This document shows, piece by piece, positions 50,434-62,673 of a stretch of DNA of 64,000 bases. The notes beneath the pieces were generated by a model. It did not search any database. It was not told the DNA's origin and worked only from the letters and a program-made list of their open reading frames with translations. Source of the stretch: Schmidtea polychroa. Taxonomy: Eukaryota. The first letter of the stretch is position 1, and each line of letters begins with the position of its first letter. Where the stretch lies: positions 72,106,001 through 72,170,000 of the forward strand of contig CM097888.1 of assembly GCA_044892525.1 (NCBI GenBank). The letters run 5' to 3'. The translations under genes were made by a program, and so were the position numbers.

Positions 50434-51378
50434 ATGCAAGGCTATACAAATCTCGCTAATATTGCTGTAATCAATCCACTCTCTACAATGGATACGACAA
50501 AGAATTCTCATCCTCTCTACAATGGTTATCCTAATCCGAAAAAAGCTCGCTTGATTCAACATGTCGTATTTTCTAAAACCGCAGCAGCGAACGGATCGGA
50601 ATTACCAGGAATTGATATCGATGCAAGCACTATCGGGTCAATGAATAATAATAATGTTCCAAACAAAATTCAATCGCATACACCATCAGAACACAATCCA
50701 TATTCTACACTGATGGCAAACAATGCAACAACCTGCTTCTATTCTCCGGGATTTTTGGAACCATATGTAATCAATACAGAAAATCTTACCCAATCAGCAG
50801 CCCAAACATTTGATTTAACAAGGATTCCTGTTTCGAATAAAACTTATTGCTCATTTCCCAATCCAAGTTCAGCGTTAAGCAGCATATTTCTAACTGGAGG
50901 TGGCATTGAATGGTCTGGTGCACCATTATCCACATCCAATCCATTTCAATGCATTTCAAGTTCCACAACAGACAACATGAAATCAAATAACATAAACTAT
51001 CAAAGTTCATATGGTGATTGTAATGATATCACCAATTCCCTACTAAATAACCTCAAATCAAGAGATGTATTTCAAGCCCAACAAGAATACAACAACCGAT
51101 ATTCCGATAATCCTCCATCATATTTGAAATATGATCAATCTCCAGTTGAATGGTATAAGTTGAAAGAAGAAACGTAGGCTTTTTGCGTTTTTATGGTTTA
51201 ATAGAAAATTTCAAATTTAAATTTTCTAGCCGACCAAATTGTTCTGTTCCAACAGCTCTCTCTTCGGATCAACTTAGCAATGGCTATGATTACAACTATC
51301 GAGAGATGAAAGAGAAAAGAAAATGTGATGTTTGTGGAGATGTTTCCGCTGGATTTCATTGTAGTGCATTCGTTTGTG
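50434..51378 (+). CDS. Nuclear hormone receptor, 5' part (long A/B region plus first half of the DBD), continuing into a gap
   Basis: 247-codon ORF, a phase-2 intron (donor 51153 or 51174, acceptor 51229), then CDVCGDVSAGFHCSAFVC followed by a codon starting with G. The C-x2-C-x13-C spacing is that of nuclear receptor zinc finger 1. Confidence 0.8.
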
Positions 51379-53521
51379 NNNNNNNNNNNNNNNNNNNNNN
51401 NNNNNNNNNNNNNNNNNNNNNNNNNNNNNNNNNNNNNNNNNNNNNNNNNNNNNNNNNNNNNNNNNNNNNNNNNNNNNNNNNNNNNNNNNNNNNNNNNNNN
51501 NNNNNNNNNNNNNNNNNNNNNNNNNNNNNNNNNNNNNNNNNNNNNNNNNNNNNNNNNNNNNNNNNNNNNNNNNNNNNNNNNNNNNNNNNNNNNNNNNNNN
51601 NNNNNNNNNNNNNNNNNNNNNNNNNNNNNNNNNNNNNNNNNNNNNNNNNGAAAATTATTTCATTTTATTAAATATATACGTTGCAAACGCTATCTTTAAA
51701 TTATTTAACTTCTCAACTTTTCAAGACAATTGTCGTTTTTTTAATTTTCCAAAATGATCATCATTTATTTTGAAATTTATATCACTCAAATATTTACCAA
51801 AATTAACGAAATAAAGACCGTTTAAAACTTATCAAAATGAAAATCAATAAAAATATAAACTTAATTTGAAAAACAATTAAAATAATGATAATTATCCAGA
51901 AAGTCACACATGTCAGCACTGGGGGAAAAAACTGAAAATGTTTCACGTTTTAATTTCTTTTCACCATATTGTCGTAAATTGATTTGTGAAGCTCTGCACT
52001 TTTGCTGCTTTAGTGCTGGTTTCTCAGACCGAAATGGCATTATTGATTGATTGAATTTTAGAAAGGAAATTAAAATAGAAAATATTTCAATCGAAATTAT
52101 TGTACATTTTCAATAAAAAGAATAAAATTATTATCGATAAGAAATGATTTCATTAATTTTACGGTTCTTTTTATTGGTGTTGTATTTTATAAATGATAAT
52201 TAAATTAATGTTTGGCAAATGTTTGGGTAATATATTTTAATTGAACATTCATCTTTTTGACTTTTAAAATTCTGTAATGAATTCTAAACCCCTGAAGCTT
52301 TGAAGGATCTTCCTTATATGTTTTAAAAGTTATTAATTTAAGTATGTCATTTATATGTATCACATCATAACATGAATATGGAAACCGAAGCTTTATTTGT
52401 GACACGATATGAAAAGACAAAACAAATTAGGTCTGACTCGAAAATTTAAGTAATCATGTAAACTGAAGTAATTTTTATGCGTGATTAATTCTGATCCATG
52501 CTGAGTTAGGATTACCGTTAAGCTAACTAGGCTGCCTATGACGCAAACCTCAAAGATGCTTATTTATAGACTGTCAACACTCGCGATTCAGGATAGAAAC
52601 GGGACTAAACGCGATTAAATCGAACTATTCGGTTAGATGTATTGTAATGTAATTTCAATGCAAAATCCAAAATAAGATGAGTCATCAATGGAAGTGGGAT
52701 GAAAAGGCTGGTATTCGAGAAAGAAGTTTAAAAAGGGGATATTATGTTGCTATTAGATAATAGAAATAAAATCGGAAAAAGAATAAAAGCATTATATTCA
52801 GTGAAATATGGTAAAAGAAGAATAATAAAAGTGTTTCTGGGAGTCAAGGAAGTAATATATCTTAAATGTATAGAATATTTCCATAGGGAATTGAAAGGAG
52901 AAAGGAAAACTTGATTGACTTATACAGGGAGAAAAATATGTTTGATAGGTAAATTCGGAATCATCGAAATTATAAAAATTAGATAATAAATGAAATTTCA
53001 ACTCGTTCATCCAAATTGGTCCGACACATAGCGATATCACACCAGGAAGAATTGCTAAAACGTTTTATTGATATACATTGCTGATGCGTATAATTGTATA
53101 ATATATGTTGATTATAATATAAAAAGGTTTTTAAAAAATATTCTCAAATATAAGTGACCGAATTTACATGAAATTCCATAAAAAATAAAACGGTAAAGGG
53201 ACTAACAATTGTTTCGATAGTTGTTATAACAAGAATTTTTGATCAATTGTAAGTTTTCCCAACATCATTACATCGTTATGGATATTTTCATTTCTCAATA
53301 CAAAATACTTATCATAAATTTTATTTTGCACTTGCACGTTAATGTAAGTTAACTAATTTAAGAGAAAAAGGAAAATATTTTCCTCAGAAATAGAAATTGT
53401 TACCATCATATACTCCTATAAACCACTCAGTTGAAAGATATTTGCAAACTTTCGAAAAGTGCATGAATTTAATAATCAATTAAATGGACTTATTATCACT
53501 TTTTAACATATAGTATATTAA

Positions 53522-53756
53522 CCCTTTGCGGTCCGTAAAAAAAAGTTACCCACAAGGCCAACAATTGTTTTAATGATTTTTGTATATATGATTTCCTTGA
53601 ACTAAACTGGTCAAAACTCAACATAAATGATCTACATTCTACACATATATTTGTTCTTAACACGAAATGCAAAAAGAATACATACAACGAAATCTGAAAC
53701 TTCAAATTAGCAATTATTGTAATGTCGAGTTAGACTCGACATAGGACCTCGAAGGG
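53522..53756. mobile_element. piggyBac-type MITE
   Basis: TIR CCCTTTGCGGTCC versus CCCTTCGAGGTCC, TTAA on both sides, subterminal palindrome ATGTCGAGT-TAG-ACTCGACAT. Confidence 0.75.
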
Positions 53757-54049
53757 TTAAGATCTGATATTAAATGGTTAAAATTGAACGAGAATTAAGA
53801 AATTATTATTTAAAAAGTATTAACAATTTAAATAAGAGAACTATTTATTCGCTATGTATTTTTTACTAAACGCTATGTATTTTATAAACACTTTCTATGT
53901 AGATAAATACACAGTATCAGTAGAGTAAAACACTTCTATGTTAATTAATTAATTCTAGATATTTAATACATTCGCTAAGTAATTAACTAAAAACTACGTA
54001 AAATAAATAAATGCCAAGTCAAGAAAACAAGTTATAAGTAAAATAAAAA

Positions 54050-54853
54050 AACGATATGTCAATTAATAAAATCGATCAATAATGCTGATACAACTTATAA
54101 ACTGGTTTGGCAGGGCTATCCAATTTTAATCATTTGTACAACCGATTTAGATAGGCATTTTCATTCGTTTGGCCTAGGCATATGTACCAATGAAAAAACT
54201 GCTGATTTTAATTTTATTGTTTCAAGTATCAATATTGGCTTGAAAAAAATAAATGCATCATTATTCAATCCTCGTGTATTGATTTCTGATGCCTCTAACG
54301 CTATACGTAAAGCTTATTCACAAGTTTTTGATAAAAATGAAATTGTGATGTGTTGGGCACATATGCGTAGAAATTGTATCAAAAAAATCGAGTCTTTAGT
54401 AGCTAAAGAAGATCAAAACGAATTAATTGAAGATGTAGATCAACTTCAATTGTCACAAAGCCAAGTCATTTTTGAAAAAGCAAGTTCTCTATTTTTTAAA
54501 AAATGGAGACAAAAAAAGCGACTGAGTTTTTAGACTATATGAATATGATGTGGCTTACGACACACAATACGTGGTATGAAGGATACATGCCCTTCAGGCC
54601 AAGTACTAACAATAATCTAGAGTCAAATAATCGAGTTCTTAAAGACGAAGAAACTATTAGAGAGCGCACGCCATTATCTAGATTTAGCAAACAAGCTTTA
54701 GATACTGTTAAAAAGTGGTCACTAGCATTCGATCAATTTACGAAGCGAGCTTTTACTGTCTGGCGCATTAATTTATCAAACGATAAAGCCAATTTGGCCG
54801 ACGGTCAGTGCAATTGTCCAGCATTTTTAAAAAAATTTATTTGCAAGCATGTT
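54050..54853 (+). pseudogene. MULE transposase fragment truncated inside its SWIM finger
   Basis: ADTTYKLVWQGYP, ISDAS, MCWAHMRR, PSTNNNLESNNRVLK, CNCPAFLKKFICKHV. One frameshift near 54520; similarity ends abruptly after CKHV at 54853. Confidence 0.85.
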
Positions 54854-55197
54854 AGTAGGTAGTTAGTGGCTTACGGCAGCAATAGGGGGGGGGGGGTAAA
54901 AAATGTTGCAAACTTTTGATTGCATAACTTTTTCCGTAGACATTTTTTGATTACATAATTGTTGCCGTAATGCCCAATGTTTTCTGGGATTTTAAATACA
55001 AATTTTTTTTTTTTTTTTTTTTCAATAAACAAGCCAAGGATAAATATTATTTGGGTGGGTCTCCTTGGTCCTGAGAATTTCAATAGAAAAAGGTAGTCTT
55101 CAATAAAAAAGCATGGATTTTTCACACTATAGTGAGGGGATCTTCTTGGTCATGAGAATTTCAATAGAAAAGGTGGTTTACATTAAAAAAACGCATA

Positions 55198-55830
55198 GTA
55201 AATTTTTAAAATAAAGCAAATTATGGGTCTAAAATTTAAAAATAAAGTAAATGATGGGTCTAAAAATTTAAGTAAATCAAGGTTCAGATTTATTTTTGAA
55301 ATAAAGTAAATTATGGTCTAAATAAGTAAATTATGGGCTAAGATTTTTCAATTAAAGTAAATAATGGTTCTAAAAAATTAAATTACAGTAAATTATGGTC
55401 CAAATTTTTAAATTAAAGTAAATTATGGTTCTTAAAAATTAAATTAAAGTAAATTATGGTCAAAATTTTTGAATTACAGTCCAAAAATTTAAATTAAAGT
55501 AAATTATGATCCAAATTTTTAAATTAAAGTAAATAATGGTTCTAAAAAATTAAATTAAAGTAAATAATGGTCCAAATATTTTAAATTACAGTAAATAATG
55601 GTTCTAAAAATTAAATTACAGTAAATAATGGTCAAAAATTTTAAAATTAAAGTAAATTATGGTTCTAAAAATTAAATTACAGTAAATAATGGTCAAAAAT
55701 TTTAAAATTAAAGTAAATTATGGTTCTAAAAATTAAATTAAAGTTAATTAAGGTCAAAAATTTTAAAATTAAAGTAATAATTTTTAAATAAGTAAATTAA
55801 AGTAATGTAATAAGTAAATTAAAGTAAGAT
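55198..55830. repeat. Subterminal minisatellite, about 30-bp monomer with a 61-bp higher-order unit
   Basis: About 20 units of AAATTA(A/C)AGTAAAT(A/T)ATGGT...; 55621-55681 is repeated at 55682-55742. Confidence 0.85.
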
Positions 55831-55854
55831 TTTTAAATTTATTAACAAAAATAG

Positions 55855-56013
55855 AAGGTGTTTGAGAATTGAAATTTTTTAATGGAAATTTTAATGAATT
55901 ATTTTTTAAGTAATTTTTAATAGAAATTTTTATGAATAATTTTCAATGGTAATTTTAAATGGAAATTTTAATAGAATAATTTTTAAGATAATTTTTAATG
56001 AAAATTTTTATGA

Positions 56014-56048
<35 letters not shown>

Positions 56049-56190
56049 TAATATTAATAATATATCAACCAAATACTATACAACACATAAAAAATTAACT
56101 AAACACATAAAAATAACTAGACACATAACAAAACATATAAACATTAACTAAACACATAAAAATGAACTAGACACATAACAAACATAAAAA
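55855..56190. repeat. Short degenerate tandem repeats between the satellite and the polB 3' end
   Basis: TTTTAATGGAAA-like 12-13-mers, an (AAT)n run, and ACACATAA..AACTA units. Confidence 0.7.
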
Positions 56191-56235
56191 TTTACCAAAT
56201 AACAAATGTAAAGATATAAAATTTATTTAATAAAA

Positions 56236-59200
56236 TTAGTCCTCATCGGACAAAATAACGTCATCGATATCGATGTCATCTTCTCCAAAATCTTCATTTA
56301 ATTCTTCCTCATCTTCTCCATCATTTTCTCCAACATTTTCTGAAACATTTTCTGCAACAATTTCTCCAACATTTTCTCCAATATTTAATTCACTTAATCT
56401 TACATGCCCATATGCAAGACTAGTATTTTTCCCCACCCAAACCCTTTTGTCATCTTTGTTAGTTAGTGCTATTTTTGTGTTTTTAATTGTAAAAATTTGA
56501 TGATTTTTGCTTGTTATTTTAGTCTGAGGAACCGAAAAAATCTGGTTAGTGTTATAACAATCCAGGTATGACTGATGTTTTATGTCACTACCTTTCAATG
56601 TTACACCTTTAGCCTTTTTTGTTTCCTCATCACTCAACAAGCTATAACATTTAGGTCTAAGAAAAACCCACTCCTTATATTTAAGACCTTTATTCTCGTC
56701 TTTGAACTTTCCAATGACTGAATCAAGGTTCTTACTATATAAGGAATGACAACTATTGTAATTGGAAGTATCCAATAAATTATCTCGAACCATTGCAGGT
56801 AAAAGAACCTCAAGTTTGCAGTTAATGACTTCGAGGAAAAAAGAATCTGTATCACCTGCAACGATATTAATTTTACAATTAAACTCATTGCGAATTGATT
56901 CCAGATCCTTATATTGCAATTCATACATTCTAAGTTTAGATAGATCAAGTACAGATTGACCAATGTAACTCGGTCTATCTAAACATATAGAATCTGAATT
57001 CAATAGTGCTGCAATTAAATTATCTGCTATTTTAATAGATTTTTTAAAAGTTGGTTTTGACGAATATTTAACTAATTTACCGGCAGTTGTACAAAGACGA
57101 AGATTCATTCTTCTCTTTAAATTTTCAACTGTTTTGCCGTATAAACTATTATTTAGCAATTTATAATAATTTTTATCTAAGCTATTTACGCTTTTTGATC
57201 TTAATTCAGTATTTGTATCTATATATTTTTTAAAAATTGGTGATTGCTTAAATCTTACACCCCTATTTACACGTGTTACTTTAACACCAAGTTCCAAATA
57301 TAATTTTAATAATCTCCAATGAATAACATAATTAGATTTTGGAAGATGAGTTAATAATAATTTTTCAACCTTAGACCCAGCAGGTTTCATTTTTTCAGCA
57401 GCTACAGGGAAATCATCCAACTTATCATGAAGCTCAGAAGGAATTACAAGATCAACTTCAAGTGTGTATCCATAAGACAAAGATTCAAGATTTAAATTCC
57501 TACATTCATCCATTATTTTATCAAATCCATCAAGAACCCAACAAAATTCGCCACAAGGTAATGATTGACTTAAAGCCCAGCCATAAAGATTATTAATATC
57601 TATATATAGTAACTCAGTGTTCTCGTCGGTTTTTACGTAATGCTTATTCACAAAAGTAAGACCGCCTCTTATTCCACCCTCATAAAAGCTAAACATTTCG
57701 TTTTCAGTTATGAGTTCAATTGGTTCATTTAAAGACATTAATGCAGAAGACCAAGACATGCCTGGAATTCCGAAATAATTCAATGGTTCCAATCTATTGT
57801 GAGCAATGGATTTCAACCGAAACTGATGAAAGAAATCAGCCAAAAGAAAACAATCAAGTTTTAGGTAGATCATCATATAATCTAATAAAGTTACGCAATT
57901 AGTTTCTACCCAAATCTCCTGAGCTTTTTCATACTCAAGCTCAGTGACACCCTCCCAGATTGGTGGTAATTCATAAGTAGTTTGGAGAATATCTAAAGAA
58001 GTGGCGAAATTATAAGGGAAGATTCCTTTTTCACTTACTATGGTGCCAGAAAAAGCAGAATTAGTAAAAGGCAAAGAATTCAAAGTTTTGACTGCTTTAG
58101 CCAAAGAATCATTGACAAATTGATACGAATCAATGAATCTTAGGCTAATTTTACCTAAATGAGCAATCAAAGATATAAATTTTTCCGTAGTTATTGGGAT
58201 GCACCCTAAATTCCAATTTTTAAATTTATTTAATCCATATTTAAGTATATGGTGCATATCGTATCCCTTCAAGTTGTGAAATACGATAGGCAAAATTTTA
58301 TTTATTTTTCTATTTACGTTACATGTGCTACAAGCTGCACCCAAGTATTTCCCCATAAAATGATCGTGATCTCTAACAGGATCCACGATAGATTTCAAAC
58401 AAAGATAACAAACCGTTGAATTAATGAATTGTTGTTGCTCAATTTTCGTTAATTTAATCATTGGTTTCCTACCCATTTTATAATAAAAAGGAAGAACCTT
58501 ATTTAATGCTATATCCTCTATAGCACTTAAAAAACTCTCGACGCAATCTAAACCTATGAACTGCTGATAAGATTTAGATCCGTCAAAGTTATTTACTAGT
58601 AAAAGACCAGCAGATATTGGCATGTGTCGCTGAAAATGATCATTATCAGAAGGTAAAATAGCCTCAAAATCGGCATAAACTACAAAAGGAGGAGTTACTG
58701 TTTTCGACCAGTCAGTAAACTGTAAGAATTTATTTTGAGGGAAAGTATAAAGAGTTGTTCCTAATTGATTACGTTTGCATAATATTTCATGTTTTTCTAG
58801 TGCGTTTCTATTATTAAACCCATTCAAACACCGATGGCACCATAATGAACGTATGCGTGTAGGACAAGTAGTGTTGATACCACAATTCAATAACCTATTT
58901 AAATTGCTTATAGCAACGTAATGGAAATTGTTCCCTTTATTTAATAATAGTAAATTAATTACAGTTCCATTTAAAACTTTGGAACGATGTATAATGTCTA
59001 AATGTGGGTGTTTTAAAACGTAATTATCTATTAATTGTTTGTTATTGTCATAAGAAAAAACGTTAATTATTAAACCAGGATTTTTGGCCTCGAATTTTCT
59101 AATATCTTTTAATTTCATGGGTAAGTCCAATGGATTATATATTAATTCAGATAAATTATAACTGGATGTCCTATTTCTAGCATAACTACTAACCTCATCA

Positions 59201-60577
59201 TATTTTAAAATAGCTAAAATGCTATATAAAAAACATGAATCATCGGTGTTTTTTATATTAATTAAACAATATTTATTTTTTAGATAAGTAGGTAGTTCAA
59301 TGAAACTCCTACCACTTAATCTACTTAGCCTACTTATCTTTGTTATGGTGAAGTGAATTTCTGTTATTTTTTTTATGATCCAGCTACTTCCTAACTCTGT
59401 GATATTACTTATTTTCTCGTTTAGTTCCCTAATGCCTTCGTCAAAAAATGATGCAGTTAAAGGCTTTGCATAATTTGAGATATTATTAACCTTTATTTCC
59501 CCGTCTTTTTCAAATTCGATTGTTATTCCGAATTGAATTTTGACGGAGACTAATTCGTTAATAATATCTCGTAATTTTTTTATTAGTTGTTCAGGAAATA
59601 TTATTTCTTTTATATTTAAGTCGCTTGTATTTAAGCTTAATATTTGATGGGTACCTCTTAGATCTTTTTGTATTATTGGAACATTTCCACCTATTTGTAT
59701 TATATTTAATCCATCCCAAGAGTCAAGGGAAATATTATCTAATCCGACCTGGGATTCAACAACCAATCCATCATGGGATTCGACAACCAATCCATCATTG
59801 GATTCCACAAAAGGCAATCCGACCTGGGATTCAAAAGAAGAAGTATCTAATTTAATTTTTTTATTTTTATTATTTTTTTCTATAGTTGAGGGTCTTTTAA
59901 AAACACTATCTTTTTTAAAATTAAACCTATCTAAATGATTTTTATGTTTATTATAAAAAACGCTATATGTTACGGGGTCACTAGTCTTACATACGGGACA
60001 TATAAAATAAGTTTTATTATAATATTTTTTTGTGTAATAATTCTCCATTATAGAATGGCAATTATTATCATGTTCTTTCGATGAACAATAATTTGGGTAA
60101 AGTATACCTATAAAATAAAAATTTAATAAAAAAAATATAATTTAAATGAAATATTTTAGTAAATGTTTACGCAAAAATTTGCAAATTATTATTATTTTAC
60201 AAATTTTATTTACTAAAAAATAAAAATTTACTAAATTAAAAATATTAACATTTACTTAAATAAAAAATTATATTAAATTTCCTTTAAATTATAAAAAGTA
60301 ATCAATACTTACATTGTAAATTTTCATTTCGATTTATTGACACATTGACATAATTTTTTTCTTTATTCGTATTACCTAAATTATTAATTAATTAAATCAA
60401 TAAATTAAAAATTATGTTTACTTTTTCTTTTCAAATTTCCTTTAATCTTAGATTTTAAATTGTCTTCATTAATATTATCTAAATTAATTAATAAATTAAT
60501 TAATAAATAAATTAAAATTTACCAAATTTCTGAATTTTTTCTCGGACATTCATAACGTTTTCTATTAAAGAATTCAT
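56236..60577 (-). CDS. polB: Protein-primed family B DNA polymerase, left-arm copy, spliced, about 1348 aa
   Basis: Exons 60577-60523, 60478-60422, 60375-60313 and 60107-56236 join in frame, adding 78 aa to the 1270-aa ORF. Exo I YADFE, Exo II HNLKGYD, Exo III YLKLD, motif A DINNLYG, motif B KLLNNSLYGK, motif C AGDTDS, plus KCY and KAKGV. EndoVII insert at 58318-58410. No stops or frameshifts. Confidence 0.95.
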
Positions 60578-60616
60578 TTTTAAAGGTTAACTATTTGTTA
60601 AATGTGACTAATGATT

Positions 60617-60720
60617 GATTATTGTTTATAGATTATTATTGTTTATAGATTATTATTGTTTATAGATTATTATTGTTTATAGATTATTATTATTGTTCAT
60701 AGGAACAAATTCTAACCAAT
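60617..60720 (-). promoter_or_regulatory. Putative polB promoter, left arm
   Basis: CCAAT element at 60716-60720 and four 17-bp repeats each containing TATAAA, 40-140 bp upstream of the ATG at 60577. Confidence 0.55.
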
Positions 60721-61205
60721 CAAAATCAAGGAAGGGTAGGAAAAAATTAATTTATTTTAAAACACATTTTGACGCTAAAGTTGACTTATTTAACATTTTC
60801 ATAATAATTTAATAAAAATAATGTGATGAACCCACAAAGTAATATCATTTTTCATCAAATTGCAAAACAGTAATAACGTTTTCATAAAATTGTAACAAAG
60901 TAATAACATATTTCAGATAAATTTTCAACAGTTGTAAAATATTTAAGCAAATTGTAACAAGATTAGAAAATATTACAACAAAGTAGTAACATATTTCAGA
61001 AAATTTCAACAAAGTTGTAAAATATTTATCAAATTGTAACTAAAATAATAAAAATATTGCAACAAAGTAATAAAATAATAATGGTAATTAAGACAAATCA
61101 ATACATTATTTCGAAGATGGACAACAAATTAAAAAGAATATTGTAACTAAAATAATAAAAATATTGCAACAAAGTAATAAAATAATACAACATTTTAAAC
61201 TCTAG

Positions 61206-61770
61206 ATCAATCCATTTTATAGAAAATTAAATTTTATCTATATAATATATGAATAAATATCCAAGGAAATTACGTTAACGTATAATAAATACAAATTTAT
61301 CGTAAAAACATGTGTGTATTACACACAAAACAAGATACATAATTTCTAATCAATCCATTTTATAGAAAATTAAATTTTATCTATATATTATATGAATAAA
61401 ATCCTAAGAAAATTACGTTAACTGTATAATAAATACAAATTTATCGTAAAAACATGTGTGTATTACACACAAAACAAGATACATAATTTCTAATCAATCC
61501 ATTTTATAGAAAATTAAATTTTATCTATATATTATATGAATAAAATCCTAAGAAAATTACGTTAACTGTATGAAAAATACAAATTTATCATAAAAACATG
61601 TGTGTATTACACACAACATACGAGACATAATTTTTAATCAAGCTATTTTATAGAAAATTAAATTTTATCTATATAATATATGAATAAAAATCCAAGAAAA
61701 TTACGTTAACCGCGCGAAAAACTACAAATTTATTGTAAAAACATGTGTGCATTACACACAAAGCATCAAA
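61206..61770. repeat. Four ~144-bp tandem repeats with internal palindromes, left arm
   Basis: Unit starts at 61206, 61349, 61493 and 61637. Each holds TGTGTGTA-T-TACACACA (one substitution in unit 4) and TACGTTAAC(GTA). Confidence 0.9.
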
Positions 61771-61899
61771 CTGAAATTGTAATTGCGCCATGTTGTAGAG
61801 AATTAAATTCTGCCTATACATTGTTACACTTAAATCTCGATCAGACATGTGAAAAGAGACATAAAAGAGAAAGAACAGTAGAGTAGTATGATTGGGGCC

Positions 61900-61979
61900 A
61901 TCCAGACCAGGTCACCGCCAGGCCACATATACCCTCTCCCCCCCCCCCCCCCCTGTGTGTAAAATAATGAGGCCAAGCG
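61900..61979. other. 80-bp asymmetric GC-rich spacer at the palindrome axis
   Basis: Non-palindromic, with a C16 run at 61938-61953 and several GGCC motifs. Flanked by ...AGTAGAGTAGTATGATTGGGGCC and GGCCCCAATCATACTACTCTACT.... Confidence 0.9.
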
Positions 61980-62108
61980 GGCCCCAATCATACTACTCTA
62001 CTGTTCTTTCTCTTTTATGTCTCTTTTCACAGGTCTGATCGAAATTTAAGTGTAACAATGTATAGGCAGAATTTAATTCTCTACAACACGGCGCAATTAC
62101 AATTTCAG

Positions 62109-62673
62109 TTTGGTGCTTTGTGTGTAATGCACACATGTTTTTACAATAAATTTGTATTTTTTCGCGCGCTTAACGTTATTTTCTTGGATTTTTATTCATT
62201 TAATATATAGATAAAATTTAATTTTCTATAAAATAGCTTGATTAAAAATTATGTCTCGTATGTTGTGTGTAATACACACATGTTTTTACGATAAATTTGT
62301 ATTTTTCATACAGTTAACGTAATTTTCTTAGGATTTTATTCATATGATATATAGATAAAATTTAATTTTCTATAAAATGGATTGATTAGAAATTATGTCT
62401 CGTATGTTGTGTGTAATACACACATGTTTTTACGATAAATTTGTATTTATTATACAGTTAACGTAATTTTCTTAGGATTTTATTCATATAATATATAGAT
62501 AAAATTTAATTTTCTATAAAATGGATTGATTAGAAATTATGTATCTTGTTTTGTGTGTAATACACACATGTTTTTACGATAAATTTGTATTTATTATACG
62601 TTAACGTAATTTCCTTGGATATTTATTCATATATTATATAGATAAAATTTAATTTTCTATAAAATGGATTGAT
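62109..62673. repeat. Four ~144-bp tandem repeats, right-arm mirror
   Basis: Reverse complement of 61206-61770 with about 12 substitutions. Confidence 0.9.

Noticed and set aside
56236-60577. polB as a casposon, pipolin, organellar-plasmid or contaminant gene
   Set aside because: No Cas1 or tyrosine recombinase nearby; it has spliceosomal introns, reads through in the standard code, and joins nuclear transposon sequence at a Polinton-type terminus.
55198-62673. CRISPR-like reading of the 30-bp and 144-bp arrays
   Set aside because: The units are contiguous tandem repeats without unique spacers, there are no cas genes, and the context is eukaryotic.
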